Source: Chthonomonadaceae bacterium (GTDB taxonomy: Bacteria > Armatimonadota > Chthonomonadetes > Chthonomonadales > Chthonomonadaceae). From it: a stretch of DNA of 64,000 nucleotides. Position 1 is the first letter of the stretch. Each line of letters begins with the position of its first letter. The position numbers and the translations under genes are program-made. The stretch spans positions 87,526 through 151,525 of the forward strand of contig DASRGZ010000096.1 of the NCBI GenBank assembly GCA_035650735.1. The letters are read 5' to 3'. Below, one piece after another: positions 8,832 through 19,032 of this stretch. The notes below the pieces were generated by a model. The model ran no database searches. It was given only the letters and a program-made list of their open reading frames with translations, and had not been told where the DNA came from.

Positions 8832-11800
8832 TTACGTTGTCCTCCTCAGTTGGCCCTCCGGCTGCGCGGAAGGCGGGGTATCGGGCACAGGCTCGCGGGT
8901 CGGCCAGGGGGCATACGGCTTGGTCGGCTGCGTTGGCTGGTTGGGGGCACGGCCCGCCCGCACCTGGCAGGCGAAGGCTTTGGCCTCGTGCATACTCACG
9001 TTGGGATCGGCGACCAGCGAAGTCAGGTCGTTGCCGATGCTGCCAGCGGTCTCGCCCGCGAAGCCCCAGTGGAACGGCACGCCGATCTGGTGGATGGTGC
9101 GCCCCTCTACGACCAGCGGCTGCAAGCGGCGCGTCACCATCGCCCGCGCCTCGATCTCGCCGCGCGGGGAAATGACGGTCATCCAGCCACCGTGCTCGAT
9201 GCCCTTCTCCGCCGCCAATTCCGGGCTAATCTCGATAAACATCTCCGGCTGAAGCTCGTTAAGCCAGCTATTGAAGCGGCTCATCGGCCCGCTCAGGTAG
9301 TGCTCGGTCAGGCGGAAGGTCGTCGCGATAATTGGGTACTCGCTCTCCGGCGTGTGGGCAAGCGCGTTGAGCGGCCCTTCGAAGTAGCGCGCGGTCGGAT
9401 TGTCCTGCTGCGGATAGAGCGTGTTCGGCACGGGCGACTCCACCGGCTCGTAGTGGACCGGCAGCGGGCCGTCCTTTGTGCCGCCGGGCGCGAACAACCA
9501 GCCGCGCCCGTCCGGCTTCATGATAAACGGCTTATCCCCGGCGATGGCCGCCATGCCTTTCGCGTCCGGGGCCGGACGGTAGTCGGGCGGCTTGTCCGGC
9601 TCGAAGTCGGGCGTGTCGTAGCCGGTCCACTGCCGCTTCTCCTCGTCCCACCAGATATACTTCTTGCGCTCCGACCAGGGCCGGCCCTGCGGGTCGGCGG
9701 AGGCGCGGTTGTACATGATGCGCCGGTTGTGCGGCCAGGCGTAGCCCCACTCGGGCTGCACCGGGTTCTGCGTGATCTTGCGGTCGCGGGCGCGGTTGCG
9801 GCTCGGCTCCGGGAAGACGCCGCTATAGATCCAGCAGCCGCAGGCGGTCGAGCCGTCGTCCTTGCACTCGGAAAAGCCGCTGAGCAGCCGGGGCTTGCCC
9901 GTGCGCGGGTCCGTCTCCTGCAGGTTAAAGCCGTTGATCTCCTGAAGGATTTTCTCCATGTCCGGCTCGCCCTCGATCCGGCTGAGGGAACCGTCCGGCA
10001 GGAGATGCGGATGGTCATAGTCGTAATCCCAGGTCAGGTTCTGGAGCGGGGCGTCCTTCGGGTCGGTGGAGTCGGCGTAGAGCCGCTTCAATCGCTTGCC
10101 CAGGTTGTAGACGAACCAGGCATCCGAGCGGCAGTCGCCGGGCGGGTCCACCGCCTGATCGTGCCACTGGAGCACGCGCTGCGTGTTGGTGAAGCTGCCG
10201 TCCTTTTCGGGCGCTCCCGCCGCCGGCAGGAAGAAGACTTCGGTTTTGATCTGCGAGGGCTGGGGGCCGGTCGGGTCGCTCTTCCAGAACACGGCGCTCT
10301 CCGTCTCGAACCAGTCCAGGACGACCAGCCAATCGAGGTTGCGCAGGCCGGCGCGGTGCAGCCGGGCGTTGGGGCCGCCGCCGCCCGGATTCTGGCCGAA
10401 CAGGAAGTAGCCCTTGACCTGGCCCTGCGCCATTTGCTGAAAGTAGGGCAGTTGCGAGTAGTCGCCGTCAATGCGCGGCAGCCAGTCGAAATGGAAGTCG
10501 TTTTCCGGCGTGGCGGCCTCGCCGTACCAGGCTTTGAGCAGGCTAACGATAAATTTGCGGAAGTTGGCCCAGTAGCCGGTGGACAGACCCTCGTATTGAA
10601 CGTAATCGTCGAGCTTCTCGTGGTTGGGATCGGCGATGGGCTGGGGCAGATAGCCCGGCAGCAGGTCGTAGAGCGTGGAGATGTCGGTCGATCCCTGGAT
10701 GCTGGCGTGGCCGCGCAGGGCCATGATGCCGCCGCCCGGACGCCCCATGTTGCCCAGCAGAAGCTGAAGGATGCCCGCCGTCCGGATGATCTCGACGCCG
10801 GTGGTGTGCTGGGTCCAGCCGACGGCGTAGCAGATGGCGCTGGTGCGCTCCGGGCCGGAGTTGGCGCAGAGCAGCTCGGCCACCTCGACAAGCTGCTCCG
10901 GCGTGCAGCCGCAGATGGCGGCGACCTTCTCCGGCGTATAGCGGGCGTAGTGGCGGCGCAGAATCTGAAACACGCAGTTGGGAGCTTGCAGGGTCGGGTC
11001 TTCCGGCGGCTGGGCCTCGGTGGAAGCGCTCTTCGGTTGCAGATGGGCGGTGGCGCCGCCCATCAGGCCGTAGCCGTGAACGCCTTTCCGGCCTCGCCGG
11101 GATTTTTGCTGCTTGCCTGTGCCCTGTCCCTGCTCGCCCTCGGAACTATCTTGCTGCGTCTCCTGGTCCGGCGGGCGCTGATAGTTCCAGTGGCCCTGCG
11201 CGGCGTCGTACTCGCGCGTCTTGGGATCGTAGCCGCTGAAGAGGCCGCCCAGATCTTCCGTATCCTGGAATCCCTCGTCAATGAGAACGGCAGCGTTGGT
11301 ATAGTGGAGCACGTACTCCTTGAACCAGCGCTCGTGGGTCAGGACGTAGTTAATGATCCCGCCCAGAAAAGCGATGTCGCTGCCGGCGCGAATGCCCACG
11401 TAGAGATCGGCGAGGGCGGACGTGCGCGTAAAGCGCGGGTCCACGTGGATGAGCTTGGCGCCCTTCTCTTTGGCCTTCATCGGCCAACGGAAGCCGACCG
11501 GATGGGCCTCGGCCATATTGGAGCCCATAATCAGAATGCAGTCGCTATTGGCTAGATCCTGCTGATAGGTGGTGGCCGCTCCGCGACCAAACGACGCGCC
11601 CAGACCGGGCACGGAGGCGGAGTGTCATATACGGGCCTGGTTTTCGATGGAGACCATCCCTAGGCCACCTCCAAACAGCTTTTTCATCAGATAGTTTTCT
11701 TCGTTGTCCAGGGTTGCCCCGCCGAGCGTGCCCATGTTGGTTACGGAATTGAGCGTTAGGCCGTCCCCCGTTTGGGCGCGAAAGCCCTGGTCGCGGGTCT

Positions 11801-12170
11801 CTTTGACGCGCTGGGCGATTCGATCCAGCGCCCAGTCCAGCGGCTTCTGCTCCCAGTGGTCGGTGTAGGGGGCGCGGTAGAGAACGTGCTTGACGCGGTG
11901 CGGGTTGATGGCCAGTTGGAAGCTGTTGGCCCCTTTGGGGCAGAGCTTGCCTTCATTGATGGGGCTATTGGGGTTGCCCTCAATATCAATGATCTGGCCG
12001 CCTTTGGTATAGACATGCAGGCTGCAGCCGACGGCGCAGTAGGGGCAGACACTGACGGAGACGGTAGCGCCTTCCGTGCGAGGGGCTTTGTGCAGGGTTT
12101 GCGGGCTGTAGGGCTGCAAGGGCCGCTGTGCAGCGGCGGCTCCCTTGCGAGGTACAGGCAGCTTGACCAT
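8832..12170 (-). CDS. Formate dehydrogenase alpha subunit, selenocysteine-containing (joins ORFs 11625-12488 and 8832-11612)
   Basis: CPYCAVGC...LCPKG Fe-S motif; ENQARI-TGA-HSASVPGLG in frame at 11625-11627; LRGH motif; AAGGAG RBS before ATG 12170. Confidence 0.93.
11596..11627 (-). promoter_or_regulatory. Sec UGA codon plus bacterial SECIS hairpin
   Basis: TGA CAC TCC GCC TCC then stem GTGCCC, loop GGTCT, stem GGGCGC; loop G 19 nt after the UGA. Confidence 0.85.
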
Positions 12171-12381
12171 CGTGCGGTGCTCCTTCCGGGTGCAGTGTTT
12201 CTTTCTATCTGCTCTCTCTGGTACGTACTTTCCTGCAAAGAGTTTGCTGTCCGGGGCTCTTTTCAGGCAAACCTGCCCCTGTGGAAAACCCTGGAAGCCT
12301 GCGGCAACAGGCAGGACGTTGCGGCTCTGGCACAGAATGAAACGACAGGGAGGCCAACTTAAGAGTAGAATGAGAGCAGCC

Positions 12382-13644
12382 ATGTACATCGGGATTGTGG
12401 CCGACGATCTGACGGGCGCGGCGGACGCGGCAGCACCCTTCGCAAAGCGGGGCTTGCAGGCGGGCGTGGGTATCGCCCTGCCGGGCAAGCCGACGTTTCG
12501 GATGGAGGCGTGCGACGCGCTCGCCTATGATACGGAGACGCGGGAAATGCCGCCCGAAAACTCCGTCAAGATCACGCGGCTGACGCGCGCAGCGACGCGC
12601 CGGTTCCTGGAGTTTGGCCCGGTTCTCCTCTACAAGAAGATAGACAGCACCCTGCGCGGGCATCTGCGCCTGGAGCTCGACGCCATGCGCCGTGAGCTGC
12701 CGGGCCGCCTTGCCGTCGTCTGCCCGGCCTTTCCTGCCAACGGACGCACTGTCGTCCGCGGCGTGCTGCATATTCACGGCGTTCCCTGGACGGAGACCGA
12801 CTTTGCGCCGTCGCGCTCGCTTGACTCGGATATGCCGACGGTGCGGGCCGCATTCGCAGGCGCGCAGGATATTGCAGTGGCTGAGATGGGCCTGGACACG
12901 CTCCGCCAGGGGGTGCAGGCCGCAGAGGCGCTATGGCAGCGCATGATGGCCCAGGGCATTCACACCGTGTTCTGCGATGCCGTCACGCAAGCAGACCTGG
13001 AAATTCTGGCGCAGGCGATTCTGCGCCAGCCGCAACGCTATCTGCCCGTAGGCTCAGCAGGATTCTCTGCGGCGTTGGCCGCATGGTTACCTGATCCGCC
13101 CTCCCCGGCGGCCCCGGCAACGGAGAAGGCAGAGGATGTATTCGCAACCGGACGTGTCCTGGTGGCGGTGGGCAGCCGCCATCCTATCAGCAGAAGGCAG
13201 GCGATGTATCTGGCCGAGAGGGCCGGCATCCTTCCGGTCCTCCTACACAAGCTAACCGAGGCAGAGGAAGCGGCAGCGCAGATCAGGGCGCAATGGGAGG
13301 CAGGCCAGCGCGTCGTCCTGCTCATAACGCCCGCCTCCGATGTTCCCAACGGTTCAGCTCTCTTCCAGGCGGCGGCTTTATCGCTGCATAAGCAGTGCGC
13401 AAGGCACGGTAAGAAACCGGTTGAAGCTCTGATTACGACCGGCGGAGAGACGGCAATCCAGTTCTGCCATGCTTTCGGCGGCATGGGGCTCTACATCTCC
13501 GGCGAGACGCAGCCCGGCGTGGTGCGGGGCTACCTGCACAGCGCCGAAAAGGGAAGCGCTGCCTTCCAGGGCCTTCCTATAATTACGAAAGCGGGCGGCT
13601 TTGGAACCGAAGAGACACTGGCGCGGTGCGTTGGGCTGGTGTAG
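12382..13644 (+). CDS. Four-carbon acid sugar kinase (DUF1537; DtnK/DenK/OtnK family)
   Basis: IVADDLTGA, YKKIDSTLRG, PAFPANGR, TGGETA, TKAGGFG. Confidence 0.9.
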   Translation: MYIGIVADDLTGAADAAAPFAKRGLQAGVGIALPGKPTFRMEACDALAYDTETREMPPENSVKITRLTRAATRRFLEFGPVLLYKKIDSTLRGHLRLELDAMRRELPGRLAVVCPAFPANGRTVVRGVLHIHGVPWTETDFAPSRSLDSDMPTVRAAFAGAQDIAVAEMGLDTLRQGVQAAEALWQRMMAQGIHTVFCDAVTQADLEILAQAILRQPQRYLPVGSAGFSAALAAWLPDPPSPAAPATEKAEDVFATGRVLVAVGSRHPISRRQAMYLAERAGILPVLLHKLTEAEEAAAQIRAQWEAGQRVVLLITPASDVPNGSALFQAAALSLHKQCARHGKKPVEALITTGGETAIQFCHAFGGMGLYISGETQPGVVRGYLHSAEKGSAAFQGLPIITKAGGFGTEETLARCVGLV

Positions 13645-13657
13645 CGATACGAAACAT

Positions 13658-14698
13658 ATGGCAAATTCGGACGTAAAAACACAACAGGGCCTGCGGCCAA
13701 CAATAGCGGTCACGATGGGCGACCCGGCAGGCATCGGCCCGGAGGTCGTCCTCAAGGCGCTGGCTCATCCGGAGATCCATCGGCTGTGCCGTCCGGTCGT
13801 CTTCGGGGATTACGAATGGATGCGCCAGACCGCGCGGCAGTTGCATCTGCCGCTGCGCCTCGTAGAAGAGACGCCTGGCGATCCGAGCCTCTCTGACGCT
13901 GCCGTCTGGGACGGCGAGACGATTCCGGTGCGGCAGGCAACTCAGGCCGACCTGCACGGCGTTACGCCGGGCAAGCTCTCGGCGGAGGCGGGACGCGCGG
14001 CGGCGGAATCGGTGATCGCGGCGGCAAAGGCGGCATTGGCCGGCCAGGTTGAGGCGATTGTCACTGCGCCGCTGAACAAGGAGGCGATGGCGCGCGGCGG
14101 CTATCCCTATCCCGGTCACACCGAGCTGCTGGCGGAAGTGACCCATACCGACCACTATGGCATGCTGCTGATCTCCGGGCCGCTGCGCGTCATCCACGTC
14201 AGCACTCACGTTTCGCTGCGGGAGGCGATTGAGAGAGTCAAGACAGCGCGCGTGCTGGAGTGCATCCGGCTGGGCGAGCGCGCCTGCCGCGACCTGGGCC
14301 TGCCCGATCCGGCTATCGCCGTTGCCGGGCTGAATCCGCACGCGGGCGAGCATGGCCTGTTCGGCAAGGAGGATGCCGAGGAGATCGCGCCCGCCATCGC
14401 GCAGGCGCAGGCCGAGGGCATCCACGCCAGCGGTCCCCATCCGCCCGATACCGTCTTTGCCCGCGCGGTCCGAGGCGAGTTCGATCTGGTCGTCGCCATG
14501 TATCACGACCAGGGCCATATCCCGGTCAAATTGCACGGCTTCGATACCGGCGTCAACGTCACCATCGGCCTGCCGATCCTGCGGGTTTCCGTGGATCACG
14601 GCACGGCTTTCGATATTGCGGGCCAGGGCATCGCGCGGGAGCAGAGCATGCTCGAAGCCCTCCGCGTCGCCGTACAGATGGCGAACGCAAAGGCCTGA
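13658..14698 (+). CDS. pdxA: PdxA family dehydrogenase; probable PdxA2 (threonate/erythronate-4-phosphate dehydrogenase) by context
   Basis: TMGDPAGIGPE, PGHTE, GLNPHAGE, AMYHDQG, SVDHGTAFDIAG; follows DUF1537 kinase. Confidence 0.9.
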   Translation: MANSDVKTQQGLRPTIAVTMGDPAGIGPEVVLKALAHPEIHRLCRPVVFGDYEWMRQTARQLHLPLRLVEETPGDPSLSDAAVWDGETIPVRQATQADLHGVTPGKLSAEAGRAAAESVIAAAKAALAGQVEAIVTAPLNKEAMARGGYPYPGHTELLAEVTHTDHYGMLLISGPLRVIHVSTHVSLREAIERVKTARVLECIRLGERACRDLGLPDPAIAVAGLNPHAGEHGLFGKEDAEEIAPAIAQAQAEGIHASGPHPPDTVFARAVRGEFDLVVAMYHDQGHIPVKLHGFDTGVNVTIGLPILRVSVDHGTAFDIAGQGIAREQSMLEALRVAVQMANAKA

Positions 14699-14820
14699 TC
14701 TATCCCGACGACGGACGGTTGGCAAGCGGCAGGCTGAACCCTGCCGCTGTGGGGCCTGCGGCCTGGTGCCCGCCTACGCGGGCACCAAACAGCCTCCCGA
14801 AAGGGGGTGTCCGCAAGGGC

Positions 14821-14865
14821 GTCGCTAGGCGGAGGGCCGAACCGTTGAGGCCCGACCCTTGCAGT
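14821..14865 (-). repeat. A1-B1 repeat element, copy 2
   Basis: Minus strand ACTGCAAGGGTCGGGCCTCAACGG-TTCGG-CCCTCCGCCTAGCGAC. Confidence 0.8.
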
Positions 14866-14938
14866 CACTGGGCGGAACGCCACCGAGCGAAGGAATTTAT
14901 TCCCTTGTGAAAGAGAACTCGGCGCTGCGATTGCCAGG

Positions 14939-16288
14939 ATGAGTTCCCCAAAGGAGAAACGAATGTGGATCGATCTGGATATTGATACCTTTACCTTTCC
15001 CGACGTGCCTCTGCCGGAAGTCTGGACGGTGGAGCAGCTCTTTGATACGCCCGCGTTGACCCAGGAGCAGATTGAGGCGGCGACGCGCCAGGCGGTGGCG
15101 GAACTGGCGCGTGACCCGCGCCTGCGTCCCGGCGCGCAGGTGGCGGTCGGCGTGGGCAGCCGGGGCCTGAATAACCTGGTGCTGGTGGTGCGCACGGTGG
15201 TTGCCGAGCTGAAGACGCGGGGCATGGAGCCGTTCATCATCCCGGCGATGGGCAGTCATGGCGGGGCGACGGCGGAGGGACAGACCGAGCTATTACATGA
15301 CTACGGCATCACGCCGGAGAACGTCGGCGCGCCGATACGGGCTACGATGGAAGTCGCCGAGATCGGCAGGCTGGAGGGCGAGGAAGCCGGGCCGTTTGTG
15401 GGACAGCCGGTCTATTGTGAGCGTAACGCGCTTGCCGCCGACGCTATCCTGCTCATCAACCGTATCAAGCCGCACACCGATTTTAAAGGCCCGATTGAGA
15501 GTGGTATCGCCAAGATGTGCGCTATCGGCCTGGGCAAGCAGAAGGGCGCCGCCAGCATCCACCACTACGGAGCGCGCGGCCTGCGCGACCTGATGCCCCG
15601 CATTGCCCGCTACCTGGCAAGCCATACGAAGGTGGTTGGCGGCGTCGCTCTGCTGGAGAACGAGCTGGGGCGCACCTCCGAGATACACGCCCTGCCGGCC
15701 AATCAGATCGGGCGCGAGCAGGAGGCGGCGCTGCTGGAGCGCGCCCGCGCCACCGCGCCGCGCCTGCCCTTCCAGGAACTGGACGTGCTCATCATTGACG
15801 AGATGGGCAAGAACATCAGCGGAGCGGGAATGGATACCCATGTTATTGGGCGCGGCATGATGCCTAGCATCCCCGAACAGGAGTGGGGCGGTCCCAATAT
15901 CGGCATCATCGCCGTGCTGGACCTGACGTCGCAATCGCACGGCAACGGCACGGCGCTCGGCCTGGCGGACCTGACCACGCGCCGCCTGGTCGAAAAGATC
16001 GATTGGAAGACGACCTTTATCAATATGCGCACCAGCGTTGAGGGCGGCATTCTGCGCGGGCGCCTTCCCATTATTCAGCCGACGGGCGACGACTGCGTGC
16101 GCACGGCTATCGCTACCTGCGGCAAGGGCAGCCCGGCGGAGGTGCGCCTGGCCCGCATTCGCAACACGGCAGACACGCAGTTCCTGGAGATTTCGGCTGC
16201 TCTGCTGGCCGAGGCCCGCCAGAACCCACACCTGCGCGTCTCCGAAACGAGCCATACGCTGGATCTTTGCCAGCCGATAAAGACCTGA
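14939..16288 (+). CDS. Lactate racemase-like (LarA N-domain/DUF2088-type) protein
   Basis: VGVGSRG, PAMGSHGGAT, NRIKPHTDF, ESGIAKMCAIGLGKQKGA, GKNISGAGMD. Confidence 0.7.
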   Translation: MSSPKEKRMWIDLDIDTFTFPDVPLPEVWTVEQLFDTPALTQEQIEAATRQAVAELARDPRLRPGAQVAVGVGSRGLNNLVLVVRTVVAELKTRGMEPFIIPAMGSHGGATAEGQTELLHDYGITPENVGAPIRATMEVAEIGRLEGEEAGPFVGQPVYCERNALAADAILLINRIKPHTDFKGPIESGIAKMCAIGLGKQKGAASIHHYGARGLRDLMPRIARYLASHTKVVGGVALLENELGRTSEIHALPANQIGREQEAALLERARATAPRLPFQELDVLIIDEMGKNISGAGMDTHVIGRGMMPSIPEQEWGGPNIGIIAVLDLTSQSHGNGTALGLADLTTRRLVEKIDWKTTFINMRTSVEGGILRGRLPIIQPTGDDCVRTAIATCGKGSPAEVRLARIRNTADTQFLEISAALLAEARQNPHLRVSETSHTLDLCQPIKT

Positions 16289-16325
16289 CCCTCGTGGAGG
16301 GTGTAGGGTATAGGGGGTAGGGGCA

Positions 16326-16515
16326 CCCTCATCCCCGGCCCTTCTCCCTAGCAGGGAGAATGGAGAGGGAGAAGCTGGGTCCCCCTTCCCTGTGAGCGAA
16401 GCGAACGCAGTAGGGTCGCAAGGTGTCGCGAGGCGGAGGGCCGAACTGTTGTAGCCCCGACCCTGGCAGTGGGGACGGGGGATTGGGTTAAAAGGAGAGG
16501 GGCCGGGGTGAGGTC
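16326..16515. repeat. REP-like cluster interrupted by A1-B1 element copy 3 (16424-16470, minus)
   Basis: CCCTCATCCCCGGCCCTTCTCCC..GGGAGAA arms; minus strand ACTGCCAGGGTCGGGGCTACAACAG-TTCGG-CCCTCCGCCTCGCGACA. Confidence 0.8.
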
Positions 16516-16533
16516 TTCTGGCGCGAGGGCTGC

Positions 16534-17865
16534 TCACGGCTTCGGAGGCTTGACCTTTTTGGGCGGGGACTGGATCTCTTTGGGCGTCAGCGCGTTTGGG
16601 GGCAGCGTCGCGCCGGCGGTATCGGCCAGGATGGTCTGGTTGGCGGCGCCCAGGTCGCGCACCAGCGCCGGCGTGCGCTGCGGTGAGACTGTGTAGGGCG
16701 TGGGCTGCGGCGGACGGAACTGCTCGAACTCCCAGGCCCAGAGCGCCGCCAGCGGCGCGGCACCCAGCCTCATGCGCAGCAAAAAGTCGTGCGTCCAGAG
16801 CATCGGTAGCTCTTCATTATTCTCGACCGCCTCCTGGTCGAATTCGCCCACGAACAGCGGCTTGCCCAGAAGATCCGTCGCTGTCCGCGTCCAGGGCAGC
16901 GTCGCCGCCAGCGTATCGTTCTTGAACAGCCAATTGGGAGTGTCCTCTCGGCTGGTTGGATAGAGATGCACGCTGATCACATCCAGCGGCGGAGGGTTGA
17001 AGAAGTCCAGCATCTCCTGGTACTGCGCAAAAGTATCCTTCGTCCAGTCCATCGGATAGTCGAACGGATTGGGCGCGTTGCGGTGCGCCAGCATAGCCTG
17101 CCGAATATGCCAGGCGTAGGGGCGCATATCGCTGTTGCCGGAGGTGACCGGATGCCGCCTGTCTATGCGCTTGATCAGCGTGGCGATCTGAATCAGGAAG
17201 GCGCGGATGCCGTCGGAGGTCGGTATCTGGTTGGCGGGGCGCCGCTTCCACTGCGCGGATAGATCGGCCTCCAGGTTATACTCGTTTCCTATCTCCCACA
17301 TCAGGACGCGAGGGTCGTCCTTGTAGCGGGTGACGATGGCGGTGACGTAGGCGATGGCAAGGGCATTGGACGCAGAGCCGGGCCGCAGGTAGTCCACGAC
17401 CTGCTCGTCTTTGCCGGTCGTGCGGCGCACATACTCCGGCAGCATGTTGATGTTGAACAGCAGCGAGGGCACGACAGAGATACCGTTGTCGTTGGCGGCT
17501 GCCGTCAGCATCCGGTCGAAGGCGTTCAGCCAGCGCGCCCGATCCCTCTCAAAGAGGCCGAAATCCTCCGGCCCCCAGGTTGTTCCCCAGCAGCGCGCAA
17601 AGCGGACGCCCGCCGCCTTTGCATCGGCCAGCATACTCTGCGCGGCGGCGTCCTCGCCATGCAGGAACCGCTCAAACAGGTCGGGGAGGTTGGCCCCGAC
17701 GTTATGGAACGGAAACTTGCCCCGCCAGAGGTCCGTGCCGCGCACCTGAAGGAAGTTCTCCGTAAACTTGGGAACGGACGGCTTCGCGGGCGGCGCTTTC
17801 TGCGCGCCCGCCGGAAGCGCCAGCGCGGCCAGCCAGGCCAGGAGCAGACACTTCTGGACAGACAA
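16534..17865 (-). CDS. Secreted GH5-like glycoside hydrolase (mannanase/cellulase clan)
   Basis: Signal peptide CLLLAWLAALALPAGA, RYKDDPRVLMWEIGNE, SVHLY, KPLFVGEF; TTG start at 17865 inferred from GGAG. Confidence 0.8.
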   Translation of the reverse strand: MSVQKCLLLAWLAALALPAGAQKAPPAKPSVPKFTENFLQVRGTDLWRGKFPFHNVGANLPDLFERFLHGEDAAAQSMLADAKAAGVRFARCWGTTWGPEDFGLFERDRARWLNAFDRMLTAAANDNGISVVPSLLFNINMLPEYVRRTTGKDEQVVDYLRPGSASNALAIAYVTAIVTRYKDDPRVLMWEIGNEYNLEADLSAQWKRRPANQIPTSDGIRAFLIQIATLIKRIDRRHPVTSGNSDMRPYAWHIRQAMLAHRNAPNPFDYPMDWTKDTFAQYQEMLDFFNPPPLDVISVHLYPTSREDTPNWLFKNDTLAATLPWTRTATDLLGKPLFVGEFDQEAVENNEELPMLWTHDFLLRMRLGAAPLAALWAWEFEQFRPPQPTPYTVSPQRTPALVRDLGAANQTILADTAGATLPPNALTPKEIQSPPKKVKPPKP

Positions 17866-17965
17866 GCCTTGTTTCTCCGTCTTTGTGTAATCCTGTAAAT
17901 CCTGAGAAATCCTGTTCATCCTGTTGAGGTTTTTGGCTTTTCTACCGCTTTCGCATGGCGTTACC

Positions 17966-18775
17966 TTACTGAGCGGCGGCCTCCACGAAGTCAGGCCGGG
18001 CCTCTTCCGGACGCAGCGCGCCCTCGCCGAAGAGGACGGGAAAGCGGCGGTTCGGGTGATGGACGGAACGCGTGGCGGCATCCATATAGCAGACGCTGAA
18101 GGCGCGGCGCGGACAGTCTATGGTGTTGACGCCGGAGCGGTGCAGCAGCCAGTTGTGCAGCAGGATAGCCTCGCCCGCCTTCGCCTCCAGGTAGACGCTA
18201 TCCTCGTCGCGGGCATACTGCGCCTCCTGCTCCGGCGTGATGGTGTGGCCGCGCTCGGAGAAGAGGCCGTGATGGTGGCTGCCGGGAATGACCTGCATGC
18301 AGCCGTTGGCGATGGTGGCATCGTCCAGGGCCGTCCAGATGGTGATGAGCGGGTCGCGGTCGAGATCCCATTGCGAGCCGCCGTCCTGGTGGTAGGGCAA
18401 CACCGTGCCGCGATGGGCGGGCTTGTTCATGAACATGGCCCGGTAGATGCTCACGTTCTCCCCATAGACGCGCCGCGTGATCTCCCGGAACAGCGGGTGC
18501 TGCATGTAGCGCAGGAACAGGGGGTCGCGTTCGAGCGTCTCGATCTTGCGATAGTTGAGGGTCGGGCCAGCCCAGGTGCCTCCCGAGGGCACATCGGCGT
18601 AGACGCCGGTTTCGCTGTCAAGCTGGAAGAACATCCCTTCGTAGCGCACCCGCCCAAGCATGATCTCGTCCATGCGCGTTTGCAGCGCCGCCAGTTCCTC
18701 CTCGGTCGCCACCGGGCCAAGCCGCAGGTAGCCCTCGCGTTCAAATTGCTTCCAATCCTGTTCAGATAGCCTCAT
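17966..18775 (-). CDS. Phytanoyl-CoA dioxygenase family (Fe/2OG) protein
   Basis: FEREGY, YHQD, WTALDDA..NGCMQVIPGSH, LHRSGVN. Confidence 0.9.
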   Translation of the reverse strand: MRLSEQDWKQFEREGYLRLGPVATEEELAALQTRMDEIMLGRVRYEGMFFQLDSETGVYADVPSGGTWAGPTLNYRKIETLERDPLFLRYMQHPLFREITRRVYGENVSIYRAMFMNKPAHRGTVLPYHQDGGSQWDLDRDPLITIWTALDDATIANGCMQVIPGSHHHGLFSERGHTITPEQEAQYARDEDSVYLEAKAGEAILLHNWLLHRSGVNTIDCPRRAFSVCYMDAATRSVHHPNRRFPVLFGEGALRPEEARPDFVEAAAQ

Positions 18776-19032
18776 GGTCTCCCTCGCTCAGAATCTGGAA
18801 TAGCGGATACGCCGTTAGCATTCGTCCTGCGCACGGCGATTCCTGCCCGACTATCTTTAAGCCCGTGCCCTTCCGTCCTCACGCAATTTTGGGAGGAATT
18901 GAGCGGAGACGCCGGGAAATGAGGAGAGCTAACCCCATTTCGCGCCGCCCTGTCGGGCGCGTACCGGAAACGCCGCTCTGCCAGTCTCCCAGCGGCGCTT
19001 CCGCGCGCAACCGCAGGCAAGGAGGACTCACC

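Noticed and set aside
8850..11555. 901-aa plus-strand ORF
   Set aside because: Antisense shadow of the FDH alpha gene in GC-rich DNA; no motifs
11625..11627. FDH as a nonsense pseudogene
   Set aside because: The TGA is at the conserved Sec position and followed by a SECIS-like hairpin
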